Assembly: GCA_014800785.1 (NCBI GenBank)
Contig: JAAVFK010000008.1
Coordinates: 14,074 to 69,788 of the forward strand
Length of the DNA: 55,715 bases
Source: Bacteroidales bacterium
GTDB taxonomy: Bacteria > Bacteroidota > Bacteroidia > Bacteroidales > Muribaculaceae
Direction: 5' to 3'
A program made the position numbers and the translations under genes. Shown piece by piece: positions 9,140 through 19,410 of this stretch; the first letter of the stretch is position 1, and every line of letters begins with the position of its first letter. Below the pieces are notes generated by a model that was not told the origin of the DNA, made no database searches, and worked only from the letters and a program-made list of their open reading frames with translations.

Positions 9140-10066
9140 TTATTTCAGTTTCAGTTTCTGTCCGGCTCTGAGCGAGTTGGACTTGAGTCCGTTCAGGCGT
9201 TTGAGACGGGAAACGGAGATTCCGTAGGATTTAGCCACTGATGAAAGAGTGTCTCCTTTGCGGACGGTGTAGGTCGAAGGCGAGCTCTTTGCCGACTTAT
9301 AGGGGTTAGTCTGTGCTGTTTCCTGACGGCCCGGAGCGTAATTGCGAGCCTGGGTATATGTGCTCTTGCTGAACGTATATGTATCGGTATGCGTCGTCTG
9401 ATTCGCGAAATCGAAGATCGCCGAGGGGTTGATTGCGTAACCCATATAGCGAGTCTCGAAGTGGAGGTGAGGACCGGTGGAACGGCCGGTAGAACCGCCG
9501 AGGCCGATAGGATCGCCTGCGCGAACAACTTGATCCGGTTTAACCAGATGTTTGTTGAGGTGACCATAAACGGTTTCGAGTCCGTTAGGGTGACGAATGA
9601 TCACATAGTTACCATAACCCTTGGCCTCGTAGTTTGTCAGTCGGACTTTGCCGTCGAAAGCTGCGTAGATGGTGTCGTTGCTGCGGATTGCGAGGTCAAC
9701 ACCTTTGTGCATACGGCCGAAACGAGCACGATATCCGTAGTTGGAAGTGATTCGGCCGGGACACGGCATATGATATCCGGTCACGTCAATCACCTTTGAA
9801 TCGGGGACCTCAGATGCCTTGAAGGGATTGACCATTTTTGAGTTCCATCCTTCGGTATAGAGGTCGAGCTCGGGCTCGGGCTCCTCCATCAGGTCGATGA
9901 AGTTGCTTTGCTCAATGAGTTTGATCTGTTCTTTGCCGGTTGACTTCTGACTTGCGAGCAGTTCCTTGTGTGCGCTTGAGTGACGCGAGGTCTTCTGAGC
10001 TACAGCCGGAACGGCAAGCACAGTCGCGAGAAGAGCTGTATATAATGCTTTGGTAAGTAATTTCAT
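9140..10066 (-). CDS. M23-family metallopeptidase with C-terminal LysM domain
   Basis: HKGVDLA...GNYVIIRHPNGLETVYGHL...GSTGRSTGPHLHFE (M23 motifs), then YTVRKGDTLSSVAKSYGISVSRLKRLNGL (LysM). A signal peptide is present. Confidence 0.85.
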   Translation of the reverse strand: MKLLTKALYTALLATVLAVPAVAQKTSRHSSAHKELLASQKSTGKEQIKLIEQSNFIDLMEEPEPELDLYTEGWNSKMVNPFKASEVPDSKVIDVTGYHMPCPGRITSNYGYRARFGRMHKGVDLAIRSNDTIYAAFDGKVRLTNYEAKGYGNYVIIRHPNGLETVYGHLNKHLVKPDQVVRAGDPIGLGGSTGRSTGPHLHFETRYMGYAINPSAIFDFANQTTHTDTYTFSKSTYTQARNYAPGRQETAQTNPYKSAKSSPSTYTVRKGDTLSSVAKSYGISVSRLKRLNGLKSNSLRAGQKLKLK

Positions 10067-10103
10067 CTTTATAATATCTCGGAGGGAGAGGAGGGGTCAG
10101 GAA

Positions 10104-10571
10104 TTAGTTGCTTAATTCGTCCTCGCCATAGATATAGTCGATAGTCGCAGGAGTGTAATCGAACACTTCTTCCGGACGGAAGAAACGGGCGATTTCGATC
10201 TTCGCGTTCTCAACGCTGTCGCTTGCGTGGACAATGTTGGCCTGACCGCTCATGCAGAAATCTCCGCGGAGAGTTCCGGGGGCTGCCTTGCGGCCGTTGG
10301 TGACTCCTGTCATAGTGCGGAACACCTCTACAACGTCAACACCTTTGAGCACCATCGCCACAACCGGCGAAGCTGTCATGGATTTGACAATCGAGGGGAA
10401 GAAAGGTTTATCCACAAGGTGTGAATAGTGTTCGCGCAGTATTTTTTCGTCAAGTTGCATCATCTTGAGACCACAGATAATCAGTCCGCGGTTCTCGATG
10501 CGCTTGATAACCTCACCGATCAGAGCACGCTCAACGGCAGAGGGCTTGAGGAGAACAAGAGTCTGTTCCAT
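10104..10571 (-). CDS. ndk: nucleoside diphosphate kinase
   Basis: TLVLLKPSAVERALIGEVIKRIE...GTLRGDF...NIVHASDS is the canonical NDK pattern with the active-site His. Confidence 0.9.
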   Translation of the reverse strand: MEQTLVLLKPSAVERALIGEVIKRIENRGLIICGLKMMQLDEKILREHYSHLVDKPFFPSIVKSMTASPVVAMVLKGVDVVEVFRTMTGVTNGRKAAPGTLRGDFCMSGQANIVHASDSVENAKIEIARFFRPEEVFDYTPATIDYIYGEDELSN

Positions 10572-11083
10572 AATATTGGATTTTTAACTTTTTGAGTTTT
10601 TCTTCTCTCAAAGTTACATAGAATGAACGACATGACAAAGCTTGAAAGTGTATTTTTTGTTCACCTGAAAGTGTGAAAAATATTTAAATACAGGATAAGT
10701 AATTATTAATCAGATTTATAAGTTTATGGGCAAAATTTTCTTTGGTGTGGTGAATACTGCACATGCCAAGTGGTCGTGTGCAGAAATGATGAATCGGTGT
10801 GAGTTAATTATTGTTAACGACAAATTAATTATTCGCTTTTCAATTGATTATCTCCATTATTGGATTCGATGTTGAGATCGGTGAGAGTTAAGGCAGGAAC
10901 ACCGGCTTGGTCATAAGACATGCAAAGAGCAGGTGAGTAGATACAGAAGGTAAGCGAGATGATATATTGAGATGATGATATATTGATATATGGTGTGCAT
11001 CGAGTGAACCATCAAAGCATTGAATGTGTAGATAAGAATGAGTACGCTTTCGTTCTCCTTAATTAAAAAACCTGCATTCATCT

Positions 11084-12604
11084 ATGATCACACTTTGCAG
11101 TCTTATCGCCGTCGCCGAAAAAGCTTCGGCAGTTGTTCCAAAAGTCTCTCTCTCTCCCGAGACAGAACAGAATACCTATACCGTGGCCCGATGGATCATG
11201 GGAATAGTGAATTGGCTGTTGAGCCTCGTTGGGCTTGAGCACAACACCACACTTTTTCTGTGGATCTATGCAGCTCTCGTCTTTGTTATCTCAATCGGGA
11301 TCGGATATGTCGTTACCTGGGTGATTCTCGGTAGCGTCAAGCTGATCGGCAAGCGCTTGAAGACCCCTTTATATCAAGGCGTGGCCGATTCAAATTTCTT
11401 CAGAAAGGCATCAAGAATAGTCCCTGCTATTGTCTTTCTGATATTGATCCAGTTCACTCTGGTCACACACGCTTCGCTGGCAACCTGGCTGTCGCGTCTG
11501 ACTTGGATTTATCTGACTTATGTGATATGCAGATGCACTGTGATTCTTATAGGGGTCATCTGGCATCATATAGATGTACGCGAGAACAAGCGTCATCTTC
11601 CGCTCCGTGGGCTGGTCCAGCTAATAAAAGGTCTGGTCTGGATGATTTTTGCTATCATCACCCTCGCTATCCTGTTTGACAAGTCACCGGGTTCGCTGCT
11701 TGCCGGTCTCGGTGCCTTCGCCGCCGTACTGATGTTGATCTTTAAAGACAGTATTTTAGGTGTAGTGGCCGGTGTTCAATTGTCGGAAAATGATTCGCTT
11801 CACGTCGGAGACTGGATCGCCATCGGTGACGCCAATGGTACCGTGACGCAGGTATCCCTGACTTCGGTTACGATCGAGAACTGGGACAAGACGACATCTA
11901 ACGTTCCTCCCTATAATTTTGTGAGCAATGGTTTCAAGAATTACCGCTCGATGCAGGAGAGCCATACGCGGCGAATCCAGCGTTCGTGGCTCATTGATGC
12001 CGACAGCGTGGTTCCCTGTGACGACGCGATGCTTGCCGATTTTGCCAAAATACCTTTGCTGACCGATTGGATTCAGAAGAAAATTGAGCAGAAGAAAGCG
12101 GGTAAGGAGTGTAACGCTGCCAATCCCGAGGGTCTTGTGAACGGTACCATCGACACCAATCTCGGTGTTTTCCGCGCCTATCTGCAGCTCTATCTCGAAG
12201 CGAGCAGCGAGATTGACAAAAACTCAGACTGCTTCGTGAGCACATTGGCCCAGACCTCTCAGGGTCTTCCGCTTCAGATTTACTGCTTCACGACCACTTC
12301 TTCCTGGATTCCCTATGAAGCCATCCAGTCAGCTCTGTTCGAGCATATCGCCGTCATGCTGTTCCGCTTCAGACTCTATGTCTTCGAGAATGCCACCGGC
12401 CGCGATACTATTCTGGAAGGCTATATGTGCAATCCGGACCCCAAGCCGAGGGCATACGGTCTCCCTTATCCCTTCTATGATCCGCAGAGAGTTTCGGCCG
12501 GCGACGCCGTTCAGGGCCCGGAGCCCGCTCTTGGACAAAGTCCGCAGACGGCGAGTAAGCAATCGCCCGCGGCCAATAATCCCGGCGAGTCCCCAAAAAA
12601 CTGA
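11084..12604 (+). CDS. mechanosensitive ion channel (MscS family) protein
   Basis: Multiple N-terminal TM segments, then LIFKDSILGVVAGVQLSENDSLHVGDWIAIGDANGTVTQVSLTSVTIENWDKT (MscS beta-domain signature). The start could instead be the ATG at 11198. Confidence 0.8.
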   Translation: MITLCSLIAVAEKASAVVPKVSLSPETEQNTYTVARWIMGIVNWLLSLVGLEHNTTLFLWIYAALVFVISIGIGYVVTWVILGSVKLIGKRLKTPLYQGVADSNFFRKASRIVPAIVFLILIQFTLVTHASLATWLSRLTWIYLTYVICRCTVILIGVIWHHIDVRENKRHLPLRGLVQLIKGLVWMIFAIITLAILFDKSPGSLLAGLGAFAAVLMLIFKDSILGVVAGVQLSENDSLHVGDWIAIGDANGTVTQVSLTSVTIENWDKTTSNVPPYNFVSNGFKNYRSMQESHTRRIQRSWLIDADSVVPCDDAMLADFAKIPLLTDWIQKKIEQKKAGKECNAANPEGLVNGTIDTNLGVFRAYLQLYLEASSEIDKNSDCFVSTLAQTSQGLPLQIYCFTTTSSWIPYEAIQSALFEHIAVMLFRFRLYVFENATGRDTILEGYMCNPDPKPRAYGLPYPFYDPQRVSAGDAVQGPEPALGQSPQTASKQSPAANNPGESPKN

Positions 12605-12636
12605 AATGGTCAATAGGGTTAGGGGGGAGCCGTCAG

Positions 12637-12738
12637 GATTAATCGGGATCAATCGGGAAAATCTTGATTAATCCCGAAAATCCCGATTAATCCCGATTAG
12701 TCTCGAGAATCTCGATTAATCTCGATAAACCCGATTCC
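12637..12738. repeat. cluster of degenerate GATTAATC(C/T)CGA repeats
   Basis: GATTAATCGGG, GATCAATCGGG, GATTAATCCCG, CGATTAATCCCGATTAG, CGATTAATCTCGATAA occur within about 100 nt directly after the MscS stop. Confidence 0.7.
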
Positions 12739-12744
12739 GTCTCT

Positions 12745-12785
12745 AAAAACAAGGAGCCCGCGAATTTCGCGGGCTCCTGTTTTTG
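12745..12785. terminator. bidirectional intrinsic terminator between convergent genes
   Basis: 11-bp stem AGGAGCCCGCG/CGCGGGCTCCT (12752-12778), flanked by an A-run upstream and a T-run downstream. Confidence 0.8.
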
Positions 12786-12814
12786 GGTTATCAGAGCGAG
12801 GCTCTGTCGGATCG

Positions 12815-14323
12815 TTATTTGACGAGGACTTTGCCGGCTTTGCCGTCGGTCACCTTGATGTACAGACCGGCGGAGGGGGCGGTTACTTCTGTACCGTCGA
12901 GATTAAAGTAGCGGCTCTCACCCTCCTCGACATTAATGTCTGCGACACCTGAACCGGGTTCCCCGAAGGAAATCGGAGCGAGCCAGAAGTAGACCGTGTT
13001 GCCGCTCTTTGCGTATCTTACGACACAAGTCACGCTATAGGTGCCTGCGGGATATGTCTGAATTTCATAGGTATTCTGGAACTCGTATGACTTGCCGTCG
13101 GGTGTCTTGCCATAAACCTTGTTGTTGCCGTAAGGGGTCGTGGTAGTGAAGATCATTTCCGGGAAGGTCACCACCCTGTTGACATCCTCGGGTGATACGC
13201 TCTCCACTTCAGGATAAGTAACGGTTGTCTGTTCCTCAACCTTAGGCGGGATGCCTTCCCAGGTTATGCTTTCAGCTTGGGTAACGTTGGTCGCTGTCCA
13301 ACCGGCCGGGATGATATCTCCTACTTTGTATATAGTGATGGCCGAGCTGCTTGTGCTGTTGTCGTTAACAGTGCTACGGAAACATGCGGCGTTACCTTCC
13401 TCATCTTTTATATATGCAATACTTGTATAAGGAAACGTGACGGTCGCGGGAAAATCGATATACACCCGGTCAAAATCGGCCGGAGCAAGTTCGCTCAGTT
13501 CTTTTGCATTCGACGCAACGGGAATTACGAGAAGTTCGTAGCGTGCGTTGCCCGGAGCGAAGTCTGCATTACCGGCCGTTCCGGCGCTGATCACCGTTTT
13601 GCCTCCACCTGTAAGGGTCAGTTCGCCTGAAGAGTTGACGGTGGCCACTTTTTCGTCCGAACTGGTCCATGTCACAGCGAGATTGTTCGGGTTTGAAAGG
13701 ACGGGGAGGGTGTATTCATGACCTATGATCGCCTCGGCTTTTGTCTCATTGAACGCGAGGCCACACTCTTTCTTGCCGCCGAGATCTTCTGTATATGTAA
13801 CCTCGATCCAGTGGAGATAACGTTGATAGTACTTGTTGGGCCATGTAAACGAAACGGTTTCCATTCCTTCCTCATCGCTCCAGCCCCAGACATAAACCGC
13901 ACCCTCCAATTCGGGCAATAAAGGTTCTTCGCCCCCGAAGTCAAGTTCAAGTGAGGCCATAGCAAGTCCGGACATGGCTACTTTGACGGATGAGATCTTG
14001 CCTCCGGGAACCGTGAGGTCAACTACCGGGGTGATGTGGGTCGTGCTCGCGATGTCCGAGAAGCAGACGAGTCCCTCGCCCACACCTTTGGCATTCACGA
14101 GGGCGAAGCCGCCGTCGGACGGTGTGGAATTCTTGATTGAGAAGTCTATGCCGGCTTCTGTGAATGAGAAATCCTGGGTTAAGACCCATTCTTTTTTGTC
14201 TGTTGATGTCTGGCGCACGAGTCCGTTGATGTCGTTGTTCCCATCAAAGACAAGCGTGTGCTGATTCGCCGATGCCGAAAGAGCAGCCACGCCGATAAAT
14301 GCAGATAGTGCAAGTTTCTTCAT
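12815..14323 (-). CDS. secreted Big_2-domain protein with T9SS C-terminal sorting domain
   Basis: Starts at the ATG at 14323 (MKKLALSAFIGVAALSASA signal). It has an Ig-like segment VTWTSSDEKVATVNSSGELTLTGGGKTVISA and the C-terminus RYFNLDGTEVTAPSAGLYIKVTDGKAGKVLVK, typical of the Por/T9SS CTD. Confidence 0.7.
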   Translation of the reverse strand: MKKLALSAFIGVAALSASANQHTLVFDGNNDINGLVRQTSTDKKEWVLTQDFSFTEAGIDFSIKNSTPSDGGFALVNAKGVGEGLVCFSDIASTTHITPVVDLTVPGGKISSVKVAMSGLAMASLELDFGGEEPLLPELEGAVYVWGWSDEEGMETVSFTWPNKYYQRYLHWIEVTYTEDLGGKKECGLAFNETKAEAIIGHEYTLPVLSNPNNLAVTWTSSDEKVATVNSSGELTLTGGGKTVISAGTAGNADFAPGNARYELLVIPVASNAKELSELAPADFDRVYIDFPATVTFPYTSIAYIKDEEGNAACFRSTVNDNSTSSSAITIYKVGDIIPAGWTATNVTQAESITWEGIPPKVEEQTTVTYPEVESVSPEDVNRVVTFPEMIFTTTTPYGNNKVYGKTPDGKSYEFQNTYEIQTYPAGTYSVTCVVRYAKSGNTVYFWLAPISFGEPGSGVADINVEEGESRYFNLDGTEVTAPSAGLYIKVTDGKAGKVLVK

Positions 14324-14878
14324 AAACAATTTATTTGGTTAAGTTCATGTGCCCGGTTTTCCGAAACTGTGAAGTCATCTGACTTTTATTCCGAAAGCCT
14401 AAGCTGGCTCCAAAGTTAATGATAATCTTAAAAAAATAAAAATTAATAAGCAAAAAAATTAGTTGACTCTGAAATATACACTGAAACAACTCTGAAATAT
14501 AACCGGAAGTATGTCCTTAAACATATTCTGATGCAAACTCTGAAGCATGCCCTTAAATAGACTCTGAAACATTCTCCGGTATCTTCACATAATTCGTAGT
14601 AGCCGGCTCACCTTGAAACCTCCTCCCCCGGATTGTCCCTGAGGGGGGAGGAGGAGATCATGATTTACGGGATGTGAAACGCTCCGGAGATTGGTTGAGA
14701 TGATCATTGACCATGTGATTTTAATTTGAGAAGTTTTAATACAAGTGTCTAAGATTTGTGTATATTTTGTTTATAATAGGTTGTATATAGTCTTTAATAT
14801 TGAATTTATTTGTATGCTGAAATAAAAAATTTCATAAATTTTTTTGAATAATTTTTGTTTCATTTCGAAAACTATCAT

Positions 14879-14886
14879 TATATTTG
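14879..14886 (+). promoter_or_regulatory. -7 box TATATTTG upstream of the second T9SS cargo gene
   Basis: TAnnTTTG match about 90 nt upstream of the ATG at 14976. Confidence 0.4.
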
Positions 14887-14975
14887 TGGCGCAAAAAATA
14901 AATTCTACGCTTGAGGTTGACGAAAAAAAGGCTCAATCCTTCCTCAAGTTTACATTATGGGCCAAGGATAAATAT

Positions 14976-16349
14976 ATGAAACATTTTCTTACAACGGCAC
15001 TCCTCTCGGCGCTCTGTCTTCCGACCTTCGCGCAAGGGCAGTTGCAAATCTTCCAGACCGACTTATATTCACCCGAACGTGGCGATATGCCTCTGATCGG
15101 TCTCGGAATCTCTCCGAAGGCAAAATATGTATGTGGTGCCCTTGATCAAGGTATGGGTATTTTCATCGCTGACCGCGAAACCGGCAAGGTGGTCTACCAG
15201 GTTTTTGATGACGAACCCGGCGGAGAGCTCCGTGACGTAGCGGACAGTGGCGTGGCTATCGGTTTCGAGCGTACGGCTCTTCTCTATTCATTTGCGACAA
15301 ACGAGTATAATTTCTTCGCCTCGCCCGAAGGGGTTCTTGATATTCTCGGTGAGGGTATCTCCGCAGACGGAGAGATGGTGGTCGGAACTCTCTTCGGAAA
15401 CACCAAAGCCGATGAAATGGCTGCTGCAGCTATTGCTGCCTACAAGTACAGCGGAACAGACTGGTTTCCCCTCCCGATGCCGGCAGACGAATGTTTCGAT
15501 AAATACGGCGTAAAGCAAAAAATCACCTACGGCAAGTTCGTCAGTGGTGACGGAAAAGTGATTCTCGGCAACATCGGTAACTTTTCGATGCCCGTTCTCT
15601 GGATTCAGAACGATACCGGGTCATACGATGTCGATTTCTTTCCCGAACGTTACGTGAAGAGCGGTGTTGAGGGAGTTGACAACACAGGCAAACCTCTTCA
15701 CAGCATCTCGGCAATGACAGGTCTCGGTCTTAGCAATAACGGCCGCTATGTCTGTGCTCTTGCGCTTCTTAATTTAGGGGAAAGCGACGATCCCGAAGAG
15801 GCCATCTATAAAAATGTGCCCGTAGTCTACGATACAAAAGAGAAGACGCTAAAGATCTATGACGAAGATCAGGAAATAGATCCCAACAACTTCGGACTTA
15901 TTCCTTCTGCTATCGCAGACGACGGTACACTCGTGGGTACCATCGGCCAGCATGTGTTCGGAACTCTCGGATCGTTTATCCTGAGAGCAGGAAAGGAACA
16001 GGCCGAAACTTTCAACGAGGCATTTTCTGAGTTCAAGGAGGTTCTCGGTGAGTCTGAAGAACTCGGATTCAATACTCCGACTGCCATTTCTCCTGACGGG
16101 CAGTACATCGTAGGCTACACCTACTATGCTTCCGATTATATGGGAGACGAGACCGTACCTGATTACTACGTCACCTATGTGATTGACACCACGGTCGGCG
16201 CAAATGTAGAGACCGTCGCTTCATCGGACAAGGACGCAGTCGTAACCGGCTACTATGATATCTCCGGCCGTCGTCTCGACAATCTGACCAAGGGTATCAA
16301 CATAATTCGTAAATCAGACGGCTCGGCTCAGAAAGTGATCGTTCGCTAA
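14976..16349 (+). CDS. secreted protein with T9SS C-terminal sorting domain, function unknown
   Basis: The ATG at 14976 gives MKHFLTTALLSALCLPTFAQG (signal peptide). The C-terminus VTGYYDISGRRLDNLTKGINIIRKSDGSAQKVIVR is T9SS-CTD-like. The upstream part of the listed ORF 14844.. is AT-rich leader. Confidence 0.65.
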   Translation: MKHFLTTALLSALCLPTFAQGQLQIFQTDLYSPERGDMPLIGLGISPKAKYVCGALDQGMGIFIADRETGKVVYQVFDDEPGGELRDVADSGVAIGFERTALLYSFATNEYNFFASPEGVLDILGEGISADGEMVVGTLFGNTKADEMAAAAIAAYKYSGTDWFPLPMPADECFDKYGVKQKITYGKFVSGDGKVILGNIGNFSMPVLWIQNDTGSYDVDFFPERYVKSGVEGVDNTGKPLHSISAMTGLGLSNNGRYVCALALLNLGESDDPEEAIYKNVPVVYDTKEKTLKIYDEDQEIDPNNFGLIPSAIADDGTLVGTIGQHVFGTLGSFILRAGKEQAETFNEAFSEFKEVLGESEELGFNTPTAISPDGQYIVGYTYYASDYMGDETVPDYYVTYVIDTTVGANVETVASSDKDAVVTGYYDISGRRLDNLTKGINIIRKSDGSAQKVIVR

Positions 16350-16373
16350 CTCAGAACCGTACAAATAACATAT

Positions 16374-16403
16374 AATCCGCGGATCCACTCGGGTCCGCGG
16401 ATT
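16374..16403 (+). terminator. intrinsic terminator after the T9SS cargo gene
   Basis: Stem AATCCGCGGATCC/GGTCCGCGGATT, followed by AATTTT. Confidence 0.55.
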
Positions 16404-16566
16404 AATTTTGGGTATCGTATCGCAGGTGTCTCGCCTGCGCACAGAAGCTTTTTTAAGGTCTGCGCTTTTCTCAGAAACTTCGGATAGCACAATGACGTTG
16501 CTGTGATCGCAACGTTGGCATATGGGAAGGATGAGTGGAAGAAGAGAAGGACAATAGGAGAATAGA

Positions 16567-16598
16567 AAAGAGGTGTCGTCCGTAAACGACACCTCTTT
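16567..16598 (-). terminator. intrinsic terminator after tnaA
   Basis: 13-bp stem AAAGAGGTGTCGT/ACGACACCTCTTT, followed by a T-run on the - strand. Confidence 0.7.
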
Positions 16599-16647
16599 AT
16601 ATTTGTTTATATTTGGCGATTCAGATTTTATGTCTGACTTCGACGGT

Positions 16648-18027
16648 TCAGTCGGTGATAGGTTCGAGCTGAACAGTGAAGTGGCGCATGAGTTCGGTTT
16701 CCCATACGATCTTCACACCGTGCTTGATCTCGTGGCGACGGTCGTAGACGTTCTTAAGAGCGGCTGCGATCACGTCCATGTGGTTGTTGGTGTAGGTGCG
16801 ACGGCAGATGCAGAGACGCAGGAAGTCGTTGCCACCGAAGCGGTTTTCGCGGGTAACGGGATCGCGGTCAGCGAGGATGTAGCCGATCTCACAACCGCGG
16901 ACGCCTGCCTCAAGATAGAGCAGGATGGTCAGCATCTGGGCGGGGAACTCCTCTTTGGGCACCTGGTCGAGAACCTTGTCAGCGTCGATGAAGACAGCGT
17001 GGCCGCCGACGGGGCGCTGGTAGGGAATGCCATACTCGTCAAGTTTTGCGGCGAGATACTCAACCTGCTTGATGCGGGTTTCGAGCATATCGAACTCGGT
17101 GTTCTCATCGAGGCCGACAGCGAGAGCGGCCATATCGCGGCCGTTCATACCACCATAGGTGAGGAAGCCTTCGAAGGGAATGCAATATTTCTTCGCACCT
17201 TCATACCAGTCTTCCCAGCGGGTAGCGATGAAGCCACCCATGTTCACGAGACCGTCTTTCTTCGAGGACATGGTCATACCGTCTGCGAGCGAGAACATTT
17301 CGCGGCAGATTTCCTTGATGGTCTTGTCTTTGAACTCCGGTTCGCGAACCTTGATGAAGTATGCGTTCTCAGCGAAGCGGGCAGAGTCGAAGATCACGCG
17401 CTTGTTATACTTGTCGGCGAGGGCACGAACGCCGCGGAGGTTTTCCATCGAAACGGGCTGACCGCCGGCGGTGTTGTTGGTGATGGTTACGATGATGAAC
17501 GGAATCTTGTCGGCGTGTTCCTCAAGTTCCTTCTCGAGTTTGGTAAGGTCTACATTTCCTTTGAAGGGAATTTCGAGCTGAGTGTCCTTGGCTTCGTCGA
17601 TTGTGCAGTCAATCGCAAAAGCCTTGCGGCTCTCGATGTGACCCTTGGTGGTATCGAAATGCGAGTTGCCCGGAACACGGTCACCCTCCTTAACAAGATG
17701 AGAGAAGAGTACGTTCTCGGCGGCACGGCCCTGGTGGGTCGGGATTACATATTCAAAACCGGTGATGCGGTTGATGGTGTCTTTCAGCTCATAGAAAGAG
17801 CGTGCTCCGGCATAAGACTCGTCGCCGGTCATCATAGCTGCCCACTGGCGGTCAGACATTGCGCCTGTGCCCGAGTCGGTCAGACAGTCGATGTAGACAT
17901 GATCGCTGCGGAGCATGAATACGTTGTACTTGGCGTCTTTCAGCCATTTTTCACGTTCTTCACGGGTAGATTTGTGGATGGGTTCAACCATCTTGATCTT
18001 CCATGATTCTGCAAAGGGAATTTCCAT
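16648..18027 (-). CDS. tnaA: tryptophanase (beta-eliminating lyase family; tyrosine phenol-lyase not excluded)
   Basis: MEIPFAESWKIKMVEPIHKSTREEREKWLKDAKYNVF...DSGTGAMSDRQWAAMMTGDESYAG...MSSKKDGLVNMGGF (PLP-lysine motif). Confidence 0.85.
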   Translation of the reverse strand: MEIPFAESWKIKMVEPIHKSTREEREKWLKDAKYNVFMLRSDHVYIDCLTDSGTGAMSDRQWAAMMTGDESYAGARSFYELKDTINRITGFEYVIPTHQGRAAENVLFSHLVKEGDRVPGNSHFDTTKGHIESRKAFAIDCTIDEAKDTQLEIPFKGNVDLTKLEKELEEHADKIPFIIVTITNNTAGGQPVSMENLRGVRALADKYNKRVIFDSARFAENAYFIKVREPEFKDKTIKEICREMFSLADGMTMSSKKDGLVNMGGFIATRWEDWYEGAKKYCIPFEGFLTYGGMNGRDMAALAVGLDENTEFDMLETRIKQVEYLAAKLDEYGIPYQRPVGGHAVFIDADKVLDQVPKEEFPAQMLTILLYLEAGVRGCEIGYILADRDPVTRENRFGGNDFLRLCICRRTYTNNHMDVIAAALKNVYDRRHEIKHGVKIVWETELMRHFTVQLEPITD

Positions 18028-18197
18028 GGTTCGAATTATGATGTTTTGGGTTTAGTTAAGTATTATAGCCATAGCAAGCAGTGAATATTATTTAAAAATT
18101 ATAAATTCTATGAATGCTAAGTGGCTTTTCTGTACCCCAAAATTACAAAATTCTCTTGTGATATGCAAAAAATATGAAGAAAATATTTGCGGTTGCC

Positions 18198-19067
18198 TTA
18201 TTCGGCCGATTCTACCGTGTATCCGAGTCTGCGCAGACCCTCTACGAGACCTTGTTCACCGGCAAGATGCAACGCTCCGACGCCTACAAAGACGTCCTGA
18301 TCTTTCATCATCTCCGGAAGCTGACGAAGCCAATCGGCGTTTCTCTCATCGAGAAGTTTCTTCATGAATTCCGGATTTTCGTCTTCGTCAAGAGATATGG
18401 CCAATAATTTCTGAAGGTCGTGTGCGAAATAGGCTTCGTTAATTTTCTTGGAGGTTTCGATAGCCTTCTGAGGATCGTTGACAAGCTCCATAAGTGATTT
18501 TGCCTGTTCCGAAACCGGGATTGACGCGAACATAATCTCGGCTTGTTGAGCTGCCGTTTCGAAAGCCAAGGCCTTCTTGCCGCTCGCGGCGCCCTGTCCG
18601 CAGATATAGGTGTCGAGTTGTTCGTTCTGAATGAACTCAGGCATATTCTTCATCATCACCATCATGCTGATGTTCGTAGCGGCGAGCATCGGGCGATAGG
18701 GATCGACCGTGGCAATAGGCAGGCCGGTGAGACTCTGGAAGACGCTGTCAGCCTTCGCCAAGTCTTCAGGACGCAGTACTTTGGAGAGGGTCGAATCCTG
18801 AGGCGCGAGCATATAAGGGACCATAGCCGACTGAAGAGTCAATTGATCCTGGGTCATGTCGATTTCCGTCACCACAGCTGCGACATCCTTGAAAGCCTTC
18901 ATTGCCTTCTCGTTTTCCGTCAGGACGCTCAGAGGGGCGAGATGATGGGTTCCGAACAGATATGAGGGTTTTTCGAGACCGTTTCCGGATACTTTATAAA
19001 AAATCTGTGCGTTGAGGCCGAACGCGCAGAAGAGGACGCCGGCGATAAGAAATAAGGTTTTTCTCAT
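18198..19067 (-). CDS. TraB/GumN family protein
   Basis: The ATG at 19067 gives MRKTLFLIAGVLFCAFGLNAQ (signal). YLFGTHHLAP and the C-terminal VGVGALHLAGEQGLVEGLRRLGYTV are family hallmarks. Confidence 0.7.
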   Translation of the reverse strand: MRKTLFLIAGVLFCAFGLNAQIFYKVSGNGLEKPSYLFGTHHLAPLSVLTENEKAMKAFKDVAAVVTEIDMTQDQLTLQSAMVPYMLAPQDSTLSKVLRPEDLAKADSVFQSLTGLPIATVDPYRPMLAATNISMMVMMKNMPEFIQNEQLDTYICGQGAASGKKALAFETAAQQAEIMFASIPVSEQAKSLMELVNDPQKAIETSKKINEAYFAHDLQKLLAISLDEDENPEFMKKLLDERNADWLRQLPEMMKDQDVFVGVGALHLAGEQGLVEGLRRLGYTVESAE

Positions 19068-19206
19068 TTTTAAGTTTAGGCTGTATTTGAGTTTGGTCAA
19101 TATTATGGATTGAATCGTGTAGACAAAGGTATGACCGCTGTCTATATTATTTGACGTCGTAAAAGCCAAATAGTTTCAGTCGTTGCTCCGTTATTGGGAT
19201 TTTTTT

Positions 19207-19225
19207 CGTAAATTTGTCGCAAGAG
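19207..19225. repeat. attL core (19-bp direct repeat)
   Basis: TCGTAAATTTGTCGCAAGA is identical to 52783-52801, and the flanking bases differ on both sides. Confidence 0.75.
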
Positions 19226-19410
19226 GATCCGGTTAGACATAAGCAAGAGCGCATAACAAATATAAGCAACAAAATCAATGTGTTAAGAAATAGACGCAGA
19301 TAGTCAAAAATAACGTATTTGCACTGTTTGACCGAGATTCTGTAACTGAAATGTTACCTGCGAAAATAAGTAACAAAACACGAGTAACAAGATACTAAAT
19401 AAGTGGAAAA

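Noticed and set aside
10572-11083. 512-nt A+T-rich non-coding stretch between ndk and the MscS gene, considered as a possible hidden element.
   Set aside because: I saw no repeats, hairpins with T-runs or conserved-looking boxes beyond general A+T richness. It is most simply a divergent promoter region.
16573-18006. 477-aa + strand ORF covering the tnaA locus.
   Set aside because: It is the antisense shadow of the tryptophanase gene. The translation is Val/Gly/Asp/Glu-rich with no motifs, whereas the - strand product has the full beta-eliminating-lyase pattern.
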